In this document: positions 42,431-56,690 of the stretch, piece after piece
How the letters are laid out: each line of letters opens with the position of its first letter
Position numbering within the stretch: position 1 is the stretch's first letter
Source of the DNA: Macrostomum lignano
Taxonomy: Eukaryota
Length of the DNA stretch: 64,000 nt
Direction: 5' to 3'
Assembly (NCBI GenBank): GCA_002269645.1
Contig: NIVC01002082.1
Location: forward strand, 1 to 64,000
Notes under the pieces: generated by a model
Told to the model about the DNA's origin: nothing
The model's input: only the letters and a program-made list of their open reading frames with translations
Database searches by the model: none
Program-made: the position numbers and the translations under genes

Positions 42431-43924
42431 TCAGTAGATCCGGAAGCTGGGGCCCATTGTGGACTTGATGTACAGAGCCCGAACATTCTGCCAGTTCTTC
42501 TTCAGCAGCGACACCAAGAAGTTGATTGACAAGGTGATGTTGTTGATGAGGTCACCGGAGGTCATCTCCTCGTGCCCGATGGCCACGGCAAGACACAGCA
42601 CCTTCTTCATCTGGAACTTGATGGTGGCCTTGACCTCCTCCACCTTGGCAACCAGAGAATCGCCGTGAGTCACCATGGTGGGGAACTTGCCAGCCTTGTT
42701 GAGGCCGGGGCCCAGCACACGGGGAATCTGCTTGATGATGGAGTCCGAAGCCAGGAAGGCGTCGTATTGCTTGGCCAGCTTCTTCACCAGCTTCTTGTTC
42801 TTGTTCAGCTTCTTCAGGGCCTCGATGTCCATGCAGGCCAGTCCGTTGGCTGTGGCCTCGTCGCAGTGCTGCTGGTCGCCAAGGACGCAAACCTTCATCT
42901 TTGGCTTGGGCACGTTTTTCAGCCTGCATGGCAACCGGGTTGTTTACCTTAGCAACGCATGTGTACTACAGGTAATTAACGTTACTAACATAATTAACAC
43001 AGTGGCGAATCGAAAAAATATATGAATAGTAGCAGCTGAGAGTCGCAGGGGACTCTAAGGGGAATTCTAAGGGGAATCTGGGAGACTCTGAAGGGGAATC
43101 AGGGAGCTCTGAAGGGAAATCGGGGAAACTCTGAAAGGGAATCAGGGAGGCTCTGAAGGGGAATCAGGGAGGCTCTGAAGGGGAGTCGGGGAGGCTCTGA
43201 AAGGGGAATCAGGAAGACTCTGAAAGGGGAATCAGGGAGACTCTGAAAGAGGAATTAAAGGACACTGAAGGGGAATCGGGGAGGCTCTGAAAGGGGAATC
43301 AGGAAGACTCTGAAAGGGGAATCAGGGAGACTCTGAAAGGGGAATTAAAGGAGACTCTGAAGGGGAATCGGGGAGGCTCTGAAAGGGGAATCGGGAAGAT
43401 TCTGAAAGGGGAATCGGGGAGGCTCTGAAGGGGAGTCGGGGAGGCTCTGAAGGGGAGTCGGGGAGGCTCTGAAGGGGAGTCGGGGAGGCTCTGAAAGGGG
43501 AATCAGGGAGGCTCTGAAGGAGAATCAGGGGAGATTCTGAAGGGAATCAGGTAAGTTTATAGACGGGAATCAGGTGAATTTCTTGATGGGAATCAGGTGA
43601 ATCTGTTAATTAAAAGGCTTGGAAGAGATTCACAAACGGAACTGAAGCCGATTTTTAATGAGTATTGCGGGATGGATTCAATGGGAGCCAAAGGAGACTC
43701 TCAAGTGAGCTTGCAATCAATAGATGAAAAATGGCACATAATAAGCGATAAAAAATCTCTGCTCACTTGATGGTGCCGCTGAATCGCTTGTCCTTCTGCG
43801 GGTCGTAGTTCTTCAGAGCGATCTGCAGCTCGATGGTCTGCTTGAACTTGCGCGGCTTGTCCTTGATGCCCTTCAGCACGCCCTCCACCGACTCGGTGAG
43901 AATCTCTCGAGACAGCTTAGACAT
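42431..43924 (-). CDS. RPL10A: 60S ribosomal protein L10a (uL1), copy 1; join(43767..43924,42431..42923), 216 aa
   Basis: MSKLSRE...[19 protein letters not shown]|KLKNVPKPK...[14 protein letters not shown]; GTGAGC donor, CAG acceptor; 843-nt intron. Confidence 0.98.
43046..43603 (+). repeat. About 21-22-bp minisatellite CTCTGAAGGGGAATCAGGGAG in the RPL10A copy 1 intron
   Basis: Directly visible. Confidence 0.95.
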
Positions 43925-46180
43925 TGCGGCGCTCGCTGGAATTCCAATCGGTCAATTTATGCTAATGAGTTTTGCAAATTGAAATTATTATTAGATGCAT
44001 AGCTCAAAAACAAAATATTTTACATTAAAATAGAAACATAGACCAACAATTCTTGGTCAGAATCACTGAGCTAATTATTTGGCTTTTTTAGGTTCAAAAT
44101 CAAATCAAATTAAATACCAATATCTTTACCCTACTCACTTCATGGAATTACATTTAATAAAATTTGACAATTGATAAGTCATGAACTCCCATATAAATAA
44201 CAAAACAATTAAACTTGTAGAACAGTATTAAGTTTTTAATAGGCAATATTTTTTAAAGCTAGTTGAGGTGACATCTATAACAATCTATTTGTTAATTCAT
44301 GTCAATTATTGAATTATTAGTTACATGTATTAAAGATAGCTTTGGCTTTGATATAATAAAAAACACTAAAGATGCTTTTATCAGATAAACAATTAGTTTT
44401 CTATCACCTACTTTTGTACATATGCAAACTCTGAAATTACACTGTCTATACAACTTAAAGTTTTCACTAAAAATGCGACTTAGTGTCACAACTTTCCTAC
44501 TCATAAATCCTTGATCCCTTTGAAGATTGCTTCATTTTGATAATCTTTCTGCTTCTTGTTTTGTTTTACCTTTTCTATTTTTGCTTTATACAAAGGTGCA
44601 TAGCTTTTATATATTTGCTTAATTTTATCATGTAGCAAATCCTTTTTACTGACAGGTTTACTGAAAATATAATTTTTTTCAGCTAGCTACCAGTAATGTC
44701 AGTGCCTGTTTAACTGTCCTTTAGTTAAAGTTAATATTTTCTTTTCTTACTACAAGTTGCTTCAAGGAGGTCAAATAAAATTTCAAATACAAGTTTTCAA
44801 TGATAAGATTCAGCACTTCATGAGTAAAATTAATTAGCTGGCTATTATAAAAGTGGAAATAGTCACTAAAACAAGAAGTGTGCCATGCACTTGCACATGT
44901 TGCATGTTGGAAAGCCATAGCCACTAAACATTAGGCAATATCTATCATAACAGTTGAACAACTTGCTAGCAGGTTCAAAAATGCCTATCATGTCATTGAC
45001 ATAGGCCTATATATACCTGGACCCAGGTACTACAAAGCCTTATATATAGTGTTGGCAAGCTGCAATGTGATGGAGCTTAGGCTTCTATTTAAGCCAAGCC
45101 AAGACTGTTGTAATGAAAAGCATCCTAGCTGCTATTGAATCCAATTGACTAATGATGCAAACAAATAGATAAGAGTGCCTAATAAGGATATCTACTTTGC
45201 CAAATACTAGGTAATTTTTTAAACTTTTTGAGAAATACAATGTCTTTTTTGTATCAATTTGTATAGGCTATGGGCAATTATACTTACTAGGCAACTGCAA
45301 GGTAAGTAGCATTGCCACTATTGACCACAGGTTAAAGGGTAATAGAACAAAAGTTGATCCAATCAAAATTACCCAAATTTTATTGCAATATATGGAATTT
45401 GGACTTAGGCCTTTCCAAGAAAGAAAAATACTTTTAACCATTAGAGGTTATTGCCTTGCTATTAAATGCAATATCTGCATGGAATGGTACCATTAGTGGT
45501 GCCTTGGTATGAGCAATGAACAATTTCAAGTCACTCCAGTTAAAAAAAACATTTCATTGTTTATGCTATTGCATAGAGTGGGCTACCATAGGGTTAACTT
45601 AAAACACCTAATCAACACTCAAGAACATTTGTGTGACCTCCCCCTGCCCCCTTTCTACACAAAAAAATGTGAAACAAAAAATGCTTTATCATTGCATTCT
45701 CCCTCTGATCCTACACTTGGCCTTTTTGGTAGTCTTTCCATTCCCTCTTTTGGTCCCATCTCTGTTCTTACTGTTAGTCCCTTTTCCTCTTTTTGTTATT
45801 TTTTGCTGCTTTTCATATGTTGGCCCAACTCTGGGACTCCTCATTCAACTAGTTGTCCTATTGCTTGCTCCACTAGGTGCCCCATATGTTGGTGTCTTTT
45901 CTACATGTAAAGATATATAGATATCTTACAACTATGCCATAATGCCAAGATAACCAGCTCAGCCTTGTCAGCTAAAGCAGATTGCAGAGCCCACCCCACC
46001 AACCATAGAGGCCATGCATCTGCCACCTGTGACTGCTATCCTTAGGCACTCTGGGTCAAGCTTTTTTCTCCCATCAATGCACAGCACCCTCGCGCCTGTG
46101 GTAGAAAGGGCTACCATGCCATTAACTAAACAATATTTTTTGATTTGCCTATCACTATTATTATTATTGCTACTCTTATT

Positions 46181-49100
46181 TGTGGTAGCAGTTATTGTTT
46201 CTAAGAAAAGCTAGTTTTAAAATGTCACGCGAAAATTATGTTTGTTTTACTTTACAAAATATTCTTAGACATTTACATGTTTAAGTTCTTAGATCATTGT
46301 TTATTTCTAAGAGTATTGCAGAGAAGGTTGAGAGTTCAAGAGTTCATGCAAAAGTAGTACTAAGAGTAATTGCTGTGAGCTTCTAATCTTGGTAATGCCT
46401 AGACCAGAGAGGAAATACATATACTAGTAAGACTGCTCAGGTCATATAGTAGAGAACACTACCAGAATATTGCTAAGAATGCTACCAGAACATTGCTAAG
46501 AATGCTACCAGAACCTTATTAAAAATGTTACCCAGAAGTATATGGAATTCTAAGAAATAGTTAGCTATATTTAGACAGAGCTATAAGATCTGTTACAACT
46601 TGGCAACATAATTTAGAGGACAGAAGTAAGCCCTAGGACAACTTTGGTGGCTTAACAGTGGGATTGAAATATATAGAGTAAGAAGAAATACCCCTGTTAC
46701 ACATTTTGCATTCTATTTAGCTAATTTCATTTAATCTTTGCCTATTATTTCCCTTTGCTATTTTGTTCTGTACTATAATTATTTGACTATCATGACTGAC
46801 AACCCAATATTTGGAGGTACCAAGTTGGCATTTATCCAGGAGTTAAAGAAGACTTTTGGCCTCATTAACAGCTATGCTAAATGACTGCTAAACCAAGAGC
46901 TGCTAGATGTGCTCGATATAAATGAGGCACAACTTAGCCTAGCACTACCTGACTAGGTTCGCTACCTCAAGCTACTCACAGCACTTATACTAGCCTAGGC
47001 AGATGGCTACATGACCTTATAGAAGAGATCAGTGCTATGCCACTAGCCTCTAAGCCAGAAACTATCAGGTTGCTAGAATTGGATCAGCATGCAATGCTGC
47101 TCTTGCTACTCTCTAATTAGATAAGTGGCTCTAGTCAGCCATCAACCTTGGAGGAGGTATCACATATATACAAGCCTGACTGCATGTAGCAGTTGACTAA
47201 TTAACTAAGTTGCTACTATGAGAGCTCATGAACAAAAACTGGAGCCTGTTACCTAAGCAACTGCTACCACTAAAGCAGCTTGGCACAGCTATATAGGCCA
47301 CTCATGACAGACAACTTGTAAAATAAATACCTGCAATACAAGATGACTGGCTAGAAACTTGGCTTAAAGTGTTTGATAGTTGCTCTGTGTGTAGACCAGG
47401 TAGCTATTTTGGGATATGGAATATTGACAACAATCTTAAAAATATGCCATAATGCCATTATAGCCAGCTTAGCCCTATCAGCCAAAGCAAATGATAGAGC
47501 CTGCTCTAAAAACCATAGAAGCCATATGCCTGCCACCCATGGCTATAATCCTTCTCCCATCCTTTCTCCCATCAATGCATGGTACCCTGTGCCTGTGGTA
47601 GAGTGGGCTATCATCTAATTAACTGAACCCTGCTAACAACTTGATCTTTTTAGTCATCTTTCCTTTCCCTTATTTGGTCCCATTCCTGTTCCCACTGTTG
47701 GTCCCTTTTCTAGTATTTTTGATACTATGTCAAAGTACCCCTTTGCTTTTGCCATGAAGAACTAGTAGGCCAAGACGATAATAACTCTGCTGCAAGAATG
47801 AGTGTTTTTAACCACTAGAATCCTAGTGTAGATTCATTCCAATCAAGAGAAACAGTTAACAAGGCATGATTTCCAATATTTCTATGAATTTTATGATATC
47901 CAACAGACCATGATACTGCCATATTTGCCTTGGGCCAATGGCCAAGCTAAACTGTACAATAAGAACATCAAGAAGGTGCTCACTTGTCTCTTAGAAGACT
48001 ATCAGCAATGGGACAATATTTTGCCAACTGCTTTGATAGCCCTAAGATCAGTAATCAATTGTAGTGGGTTCTTGCCACACTATGTTTTTTATGGTATGCC
48101 TTCTTAGTACCCAATCAATAACATCTTAGACCAACTGAATGTAGCTATTGACCTAGAGTACATTGCCAAGCATCAAAAGACTAGCCAAGACTGACAGAAT
48201 TGTACAATAGCAACTACAAGCTGAGATCTAACAACAATAGGAAAACTACAAGAACTAGCCAAAGCCCACATAGCTACAGCCTGGCAACCTAGTTTGCCTG
48301 GCCAACCCAAAGCTCAAACTGGGAGAGCTGCCAAAGTTCCACTGGCCATACAAGAGTATATATAAAGTCATCAAGATTGGAAAAGTGGCTTATTGGATCA
48401 AGCAAGCAACAGTGCGACAAGGATGCTTAGACAAAATGTTATAACAAATCATTAAGATGCCACAAATAAGGCAGGCAGACTAACTACAGGAGCCACCATG
48501 CTAGACTGAGTGGCCAATGCAACCTTATGAGTTGAACAAAGATTGATTTGCTTTTTAGCACAAATAATATTATGAAATCCTAACATTTTTGTTTTGAAAA
48601 TGTATTGCTTTCTCAGCAATGCAGACCTAGCTAATCAACATACTCCAGAATAGCAGGCCGCAGCTCAGCCTAATCTGCAAGGCAGCCAGCTGTTTGAGCC
48701 AAGCTTATGCCATCTAGAAGTGCTAGCTACCTAGATCTAAGATCAACATAGAAGTGGAAATAAAAGGTAATTAACTGCAATTTAATTTTGTACCATGGAT
48801 AACTAACTGCTAATTTATTCACTCTTGTTATAAATAGTCAAAATTGTAAGTTGTGACTAATTTGTTTTTCTACTGCTATAAGCTTTTTTTGTACCCATTA
48901 AGTTTGTACCCATTGCTTACTAAAAGCAATTTCATTTCCAATGTGACTTTATGCTTAAAGGTAAAAAAGTATTTTTACCAATATGACCTTATGATTGTAG
49001 GTAAAAACTAATATTTTTCTTTTCAAAAAAATATTGGTAAAAATCTGTGTCCTTATGCTTGAGGGTAAAAGCAGTGTTTTAATTTTTGTTAGTTTCCTTA

Positions 49101-51412
49101 TGCTTTTAGAATAAAAGCAATATTTTAATTTTGTCAGTTTCTTTATGCTCAAGGGTAAAAGCAGCATTCTATTAGTTTCTTTATGCTTTTTGGGCCTTCT
49201 CCTCAATAGAAGGGAGCATTTGAGGTGAATTGACCCTTGTTATTTGTTTTGATCAAGCCTGAGCCTAAGAACTCTATAACAATCTGTTCCACTAACCACT
49301 GTTATCTGATCCTGCTCTCTGAATTCAATTCAATTAATCCCCAATGGCCAATGAAGCAGAAAGACTAAAGCGACTGCAAGATGAACTTAGTTTAAGTGCT
49401 AGCAAAGAAGGCAAGATTATTAGCGAAGAAGAAAACAAACTGCCTATTCCTGATTGGCAGACAACTAGACCCCAGCCTCCTGGACAAAGGCCCCGGCCAT
49501 CTTCAGTGGTGGTATGGCTGAAAATGTCACCTATTATGACTTCCAAAGATTTGGTCGACCTTCTGCAACACTATGCCGACACCCCAGTGTAGATATCCCT
49601 AGCCTTGACGAGACACCAATCTAAGAATAGCAAAATATCAATCATGCTGCCCCAGAGTGACACTCCTAGCTCCAGTATGATGCACCATCTGGGACCCAGG
49701 CCATGACCAAGATTGTCCACCAAGCAACTACCAGCTAGACAGCTACTAACCGAGCAGCTGCTATCAACTGTTTCGCTGCCCCTCTCAAGACTAACATTTA
49801 GGCAGTTGCCACTAACAGAATTGCTGCCCCAATCAAGTTTGCCAGCCCAGCCTCCTTGCAACTCTAGGCCGCGATCTAGATTGCCTGCCAGACAGCCACC
49901 GCCTAGACAGCTGCAGATGGTGACACCACCTACGCAGTATGGTCTGCAACCTCAACATCAGTCTGCTGCTATGCCACCTATCTAATGCCACCTTCTGATA
50001 CCAGATAATGCTGAGCCCAACCCACTGAACAAGATAGGAGGCAACTTCAGTATTGCCATTGTTCATCTGCCCAAAGCTCGCCGCAATGAGTACTGCCAAC
50101 TAGCGAACAGCGTCAAAGAGCATATTGTTTGCATTGGCCACCTTCGTATAGAAGGCAGACCCTTGCCAACCTGAGAGGCTCTACTGCCCACACTACAAGC
50201 CTTATGTTAAATGCAGCTATTCTAGGCTATTGCTGCCTGGAAGCGGGCAGTAGCCTATGCCTTGCATCCAGCATCCAACAGCATCCAACAGTACTTTTTG
50301 AGGATTGTCTTTCTGCGCTTAGACGAGGCTCTGCCACAGTGGTTGCAAATTTGGTCTCACTTACGCACTCTGTGTTCGCAATTCAGCCATTGCAAGGCTA
50401 TGGCTGTGCTACAGGAGATTGCCAAATGTCTCCAGCGCATGCTGCAAGCTGATGCCTAGCCAGCGCAGCGGCAACTAGTCAATATAGAACTGTGATAGTG
50501 TTTCTTGCAGCTTAGATGGCCATTTTATCAAGACCTGCCCCGGTCTTATGGCTTTTGAACTTTTGATATTGAACATTTCTACAATGCCTATTTTCTTTGA
50601 ACTTTACTATGCCTATTTTTGTAATTGACATCTGTATTGACTATCTGATTTAGCATTTGTACTAAATATATTTTATACTTTCTTCAATATGATATCTTCC
50701 AATGCTGAGTGTACTACTATGTATATTGTGTTTTCATAAATTTTTCACTATGGTATTGCTTTCATTCAAAATTCATGTTAAAGAGGAGGAAAGTTGTAGA
50801 AGCGGTTATTGTTTCTAAAAAATACTAGTTTTAAAATGTGAAAATTATGTTTGTTTTATTTTACAAAATATTCCCAAATATTCAGTGTTTGTTTTAAATA
50901 CATGCGAAAAAGTAGTAAAAATAGGAGTGAGGTTTGAGGTTAGGAGAATAACTCATTTGCTAGCTATAAGCTCAAAACATGTTTGATAAATCTTTCTCAG
51001 ATCATTGCTTATTTCTAAAGAGTATTGCAGAGAAGTTTGAAAGTTGGGAATTAAAAGTTCATATAAAAGTAGTACTAAGAGTAATTGCTGTGACCCTCTA
51101 ATCACGGCAATGCCTAGACTAGAAAGAGAAAGTACATATACCAGTAAGACTGCTCAGGCCATATACTAAGAATGCTATTAGACCATATACTAAGAATGCT
51201 ACCAGACCATATACTAAGAATGCAACCAGAATACTACAAGAACACTACCTAGAAGTATATGATATTCTAAGAAACAGTTAGAAACATTAAGGCAAAAATT
51301 TAGTGGACCAGCAATAGAAACTTAATAGAGGGAAATTAAAAATCTATAACAACTTTGGTGGCTTAATGGTGGGATTGAAATACATAGAGTAAGAAGAAAT
51401 ACACCTGTTATA
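46181..51412 (+). mobile_element. Old, degenerate Gypsy-like LTR element lacking PR/RT
   Basis: Diverged direct repeats 46181..46701 (TGT...ACA) and 50795..51412; PPT AAAGAGGAGGAAAG at 50780-50793; integrase remnant ANGQAKLYNKNIKKVL...WDNILPTAL at about 47650-48110; stop-riddled gag-like frame from about 46790. Confidence 0.8.
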
Positions 51413-51974
51413 ATAATAATATATTTGAAATGAATTATTCATAATATAAAAACTTAAAATGTTTTATAATAAAAATATATATAATAATAGGCCTTATAAT
51501 AAAATACTTTATAGTGTTTACTAATTTATTTTTATAAGGCCATATAAATCAAATATATCACTATTAGTTTATTATTAGGAAACCATTGTTAATAATAATG
51601 CTATGCAAAAATGAGATAAATATGCAACAAGGTATTAATGTTATGCTTGGCTACTTGCCTTATTAAGTAAATAAACATACCCTATAGGTCAAGCTACAAT
51701 AAAAGCTAGGCCTAAAAACAAAGGGAATGATTATAATATAATATAATTCTACTTTAGCATCTATCTTCCTAATTATTTACTAATAGGAAAATGGAAATGA
51801 GTGAAATATATAGGCTTAGACCTTGTCAAATAGACCTATAGACCTTGTTTTCATTATTTATTTTAATTTAGATATTTAGATCTGTGGCCAACTTGGTGTG
51901 TGGCCATTTTGGTCATTTGCAGCAAGAAGTATTCCTAGCAAAAGATGGCCATGGCCTTTATTGGTGAAAGACTA

Positions 51975-52594
51975 GGTTGACGGTCATTTCATCTGCCGCC
52001 TTTTCGTCTGCCGCCTTTTTGTCTGCCAATATACGATATAGTCGTTTTGTCTGCCAATATATATAATATATAAATCGGAATAACTAATTATGTCATCAAG
52101 CTTCCCATGGAAGTGTAATGTAAATGTCTTATTAATTGTAATTTATTATAATGCTAGGATTTTTCTGAAAGTTCCGGAGCTAATATGTTGCATATAAATA
52201 CACAAAGCCAGAAGCAAATATCTCCAACCGTTTAGTTTCCTTCCAACTTTCTTTTTTTTCGTGTATGTAAACTTATATGCAATTTATTCACGAATACAAC
52301 TAGCTTAAATGCACAAAGTGTAAAATGTAAAGAGCAATCGAAATTGTAGGCACACACGCATCAATGCGTCAAAAGTATTATAGGTTAGTTAGGTTTCGTA
52401 GAAAATGAAGAAAAACAAAATGTATCAATATAAATAAGAAAACATACTTAAAACTTGCTTATACTAATTTATTTTAATTCCCTACATAAAAAATACTAAA
52501 TAAGTGAATCAAAATAAACATAAATAAAAAAGTCGTTTTGTCTGCTAAAATTCTTTGGCAGACGAAAAGGCGGCAGACGAAATGACCGCAGACC
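51975..52594. mobile_element. MULE-like MITE, 620 bp
   Basis: About 35-bp TIR GGT..CGGTCATTTC.TCTGCCGCCTTTTCGTCTGCC; 8-bp TSD AAAGACTA; superfamily assignment tentative. Confidence 0.8.
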
Positions 52595-54953
52595 AAAGAC
52601 TATATAACAAGATTAGGCCTACTAGCCAACAAATCGGCTAGCCACCTAATAGCACTAGGCCTTCTAATAATCAACCATATCTCCAAGAGATACAGAATAT
52701 CAACTAGCATAAAACAATTCTGGTTAACATAATTTAAGTGCTACATATAGAGATCTCTTATCATTTTAACAAACTATTTTACAATATATACCTAAAATAA
52801 GAAAGCTTAGCTAAAAATAATAATAGTGCAGAGTGTTAAAAAATTGATAAAGAAAAAATATCAATAGGCCTAAATACTAAAATAGGCCTGGTTATTCTTA
52901 TTAAATAATTCTTTGATGCAAAAGACATTTGTGTTGTTTATAGAAATTGTATGAGCACTTGAGCAAGTTTTGCAATCTGATGATTGCAGTCAATGGCAAC
53001 AGCAAATATGGTTCAGGCATAAGCCAAAAAGAATGTTGTCAGATTCTAGAGGATGACGCTTCATTTAAATGAATCAAGCCTTTATAGGCCTATTATAAGC
53101 ATGTATAAAATGGGGGCAATCCACGGCATACACATCTGCAGCCTGCAGCTAGGCTAGTACATATTGCATATCTTTTATCTACTCTACAGGTCTAGCCACA
53201 GCTTGTAGGCCCTAGTGCCACAATTTTGGGCCCTGGTGTCACATATCTATGATAGACTATTAATATTATTGACTAGTACCTAGTCAAAACATGAGAAATA
53301 AAAGTTCTATACGACTGCGCTGCTCTGTGGGTAAAATAAACTAGGTCCTAGAATAATTCTTGTACTAGGCCTAGCTAGCCTAAGCTAAGTCGTAAGTCGT
53401 AACAACTCAGATAGATTTACGAGAACCTAAGCCTAGGCCTACTAATATTCAAAGATAAGTAAAATAGTTTCGTTTCATCTACAATTTACTTATATTTTAT
53501 AAACTCTCTCAACAGCAGCATTTATAAAATTTCTTTTTATAATCTTAGTAAATTTTAGCAATGCAAATCTAGCTTAGTAGGCCCATGGGAGCCAGCTAGC
53601 CTTGAGAATCAAATGATTCAAATTAATGCCCACACCGGCGAATGTGCGCAACGCGCGATTCCTAATTGATATTTTAAACAATATACTGGAACGCTTGTTT
53701 TATTTAAATTAGCTTAACAACTAAAAGTTAATAATAGATTTCAGAGTAAGGAAATAATTTATAAATTTAATCTAAAACTTACAATTACAGACAATAGAGA
53801 ATATTACAAAAATTTGTTACACATTAAGAAACTGAGTGCAAAAATTATGATAGTAAGAACTGATATGGAAGGAAACATTTGCTCACGTTTCTAATGTCTG
53901 TGAGCAACTTTAGTACTGCGATTTTTTTAGTTCTTCCAGTATCACTTAATTACAAGTTGATTTGGCTTTACTATATACATGTAGACGCGGCCTCAAAAGT
54001 AAATACAGCAGAGTATACTCTGCTGCAGTACACGTTCATACTTTTTCTTTGATTTACATGTAGTCAAATTGTGCTAGAAAACCATGCATGCAACTTTTTA
54101 CATTCAATATATGTTTTAGTATCAAACCTTGGTCAAAAATTAAATTAGCTGCTTACTTGACGATCAAAATTAATGAACCCAGAAAATCGATAGAATTAAT
54201 AATATATATTACTGCCTAAACACTCGACACTGTATTCAACATTTGCCGCAGTCAAATTTCCCTCAACATTTCGGTCAGGTGCAGATGCGGGGGGGGGGGC
54301 ATGGCTCCCCAGCTATAAGCAAAATAATGAGCCATACTTTTTGGCCTGTAACTAACATGTTATAAATGTAATTAGGGCTATTTTCCAATGTTGGTTGTAC
54401 ATGTACGTAGTTCTTTCGTATAGCTTGCCCCCCACTCAATTCTTTTCTAGGTCGGCCTCTACCGAAAGTTAACTGACAGTAAAATATCAAAGGCAGTCCA
54501 ATCTCAGCTGAGCAGGAAGCAGGAATTGCTTAAGTTACTTAAGTAGTCCTTGAGTCAAATATCGATTGGTTTAAAACTTCGCATTCTTGTTACAATCCAT
54601 AGCTAAGCATATGATAGCTCGTACAGTTGTACTTGTGTCAATTTTAAATTCAATTGAAGTTATTTCACCGCTTTTAAATGACACGAAGTTGCGTCGGCAG
54701 CTGTGTCGATCTGTTTCTGCTTTGGAACAACAAGTGTCCAAACTTTCCAGACCCCTCCCCTAAAAAAACTTCAAACAAAGACCGATTCAACAAAGGAATT
54801 CTTGTTCCATCTGTAAAGAGCCAAACGGACAACGGGCTTTTTACGTTTTGTCAACTTCGATTTATTTTGCCGAAATAATTGCCCAGCAAAACAAGACACA
54901 AACTAGCGAAGTTTCTCAATACAATCTCACGCGGGTCATGCTGCCTAACCTCA

Positions 54954-55700
54954 TCAGTAGATCCGGAAGCTGGGGCCCATTGTGGACTTGATGTACAGAG
55001 CCCGAACATTCTGCCAGTTCTTTTTCAGCAGCGACACCAAGAAGTTGATTGACAAGGTGATGTTGTTGATGAGGTCACCAGAGCTCATCTCCTCGTGCCC
55101 AATGGCCACGGCAAGGCACAGCACCTTCTTCATCTGGAACTTAATGGTGGCCTTGACCTCCTCCACCTTGCCAACCAGAGAGTCGCCGTGAGTCACCATG
55201 GTGGGGAACTTGCCAGCCTTGTTGAGGCCGGGGCCCAGCACACGGGGAATCTGCTTGATGATGGAGTCCGAAGCCAGGAAGGCGTCGTACTGCTTGGCCA
55301 GCTTCTTCACCAGCTTTTTGTTCTTGTTCAGCTTCTTCAGGGCCTCGATGTCCATGCAGGCCAGTCCGTTGGCTGTGGCCTCGTCGCAGTGCTGCTGGTC
55401 GCCAAGGACGCAAACCTTCATCTTCGGCTTGGGCACGTTCTTCAGCCTGCATGGCAACCGGGGGTTACAGTATTGTTTATCTTAGCAACAGAAAACTGAA
55501 TATTTTTTTCATGTTAATTTGTGATAAAAAATCTCTGCTCACTTGATGGTACCGCTGAATCGCTTGTCCTTCTGCGGGTCGTAGTTCTTCAGAGCGATCT
55601 GCAGCTCGATGGTCTGCTTGAACTTGCGCTGCTTGTCCTTGATGCCCTTGAGCACGCCCTCCACCGACTCGGTGAGAATCTCTCGAGACAGCTTAGACAT
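54954..55700 (-). CDS. RPL10A: 60S ribosomal protein L10a, copy 2; join(55543..55700,54954..55446), 216 aa
   Basis: Same exon structure as copy 1; 96-nt intron; 3 amino-acid differences. Confidence 0.97.
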
Positions 55701-55735
55701 TGCTGCACTCGCATGAATTCAGCAGATGGTGATTT

Positions 55736-55866
55736 GCAGGATGAACTGAAGCAATGCAGAGTTAAGTGTCCTGCTAATGGACACAAATTGTTCCTTGTGT
55801 CAAGGATCGAACCCCCGACCTTTTATTCGTGAGTCCGACACGCTTTAACCACTAGGCTACTATCCC
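55736..55866 (-). mobile_element. 3'-truncated CORE-SINE (tRNA head plus part of CORE)
   Basis: A box TAGCCTAGTGGTTAAAGCG, B box GGTTCGATCC, CACTTAACTCTGCATTGCTTCAGTTCA shared with the other copies. Confidence 0.82.
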
Positions 55867-56327
<461 letters not shown>

Positions 56328-56609
56328 TAATAAAAACAAGTTGAAAAAAAAATGAAATGCAACCCAAGCAAGAAAAATTTAAGATACATATCTTAGATGC
56401 ACCGCTTGAAGGCTTTAACAATTTGTTTTTGAAATCGTGTTATTTTTTTGAAAAAAATATTGAAGCGAATTAAAATATTTTGACAATACAAATGTCGAAA
56501 ATTTTAAATTAACCGGTACACTGTCAGTGTAAAATACAAACAGGGGGAGCGGGTAATCAACGACAATAAGTAACTACTTGAAGTAGGCCAAGCCGGGCGG
56601 GCGCAAGAC

Positions 56610-56653
56610 TCAGGCCCTTCGCTGACTAAAAGCTGGACTGCTTGGCTGTTGCG

Positions 56654-56690
<37 letters not shown>

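Noticed and set aside
54006-54025. Perfect 20-bp palindrome CAGCAGAGTATACTCTGCTG
   Set aside because: Single, isolated, with no supporting context
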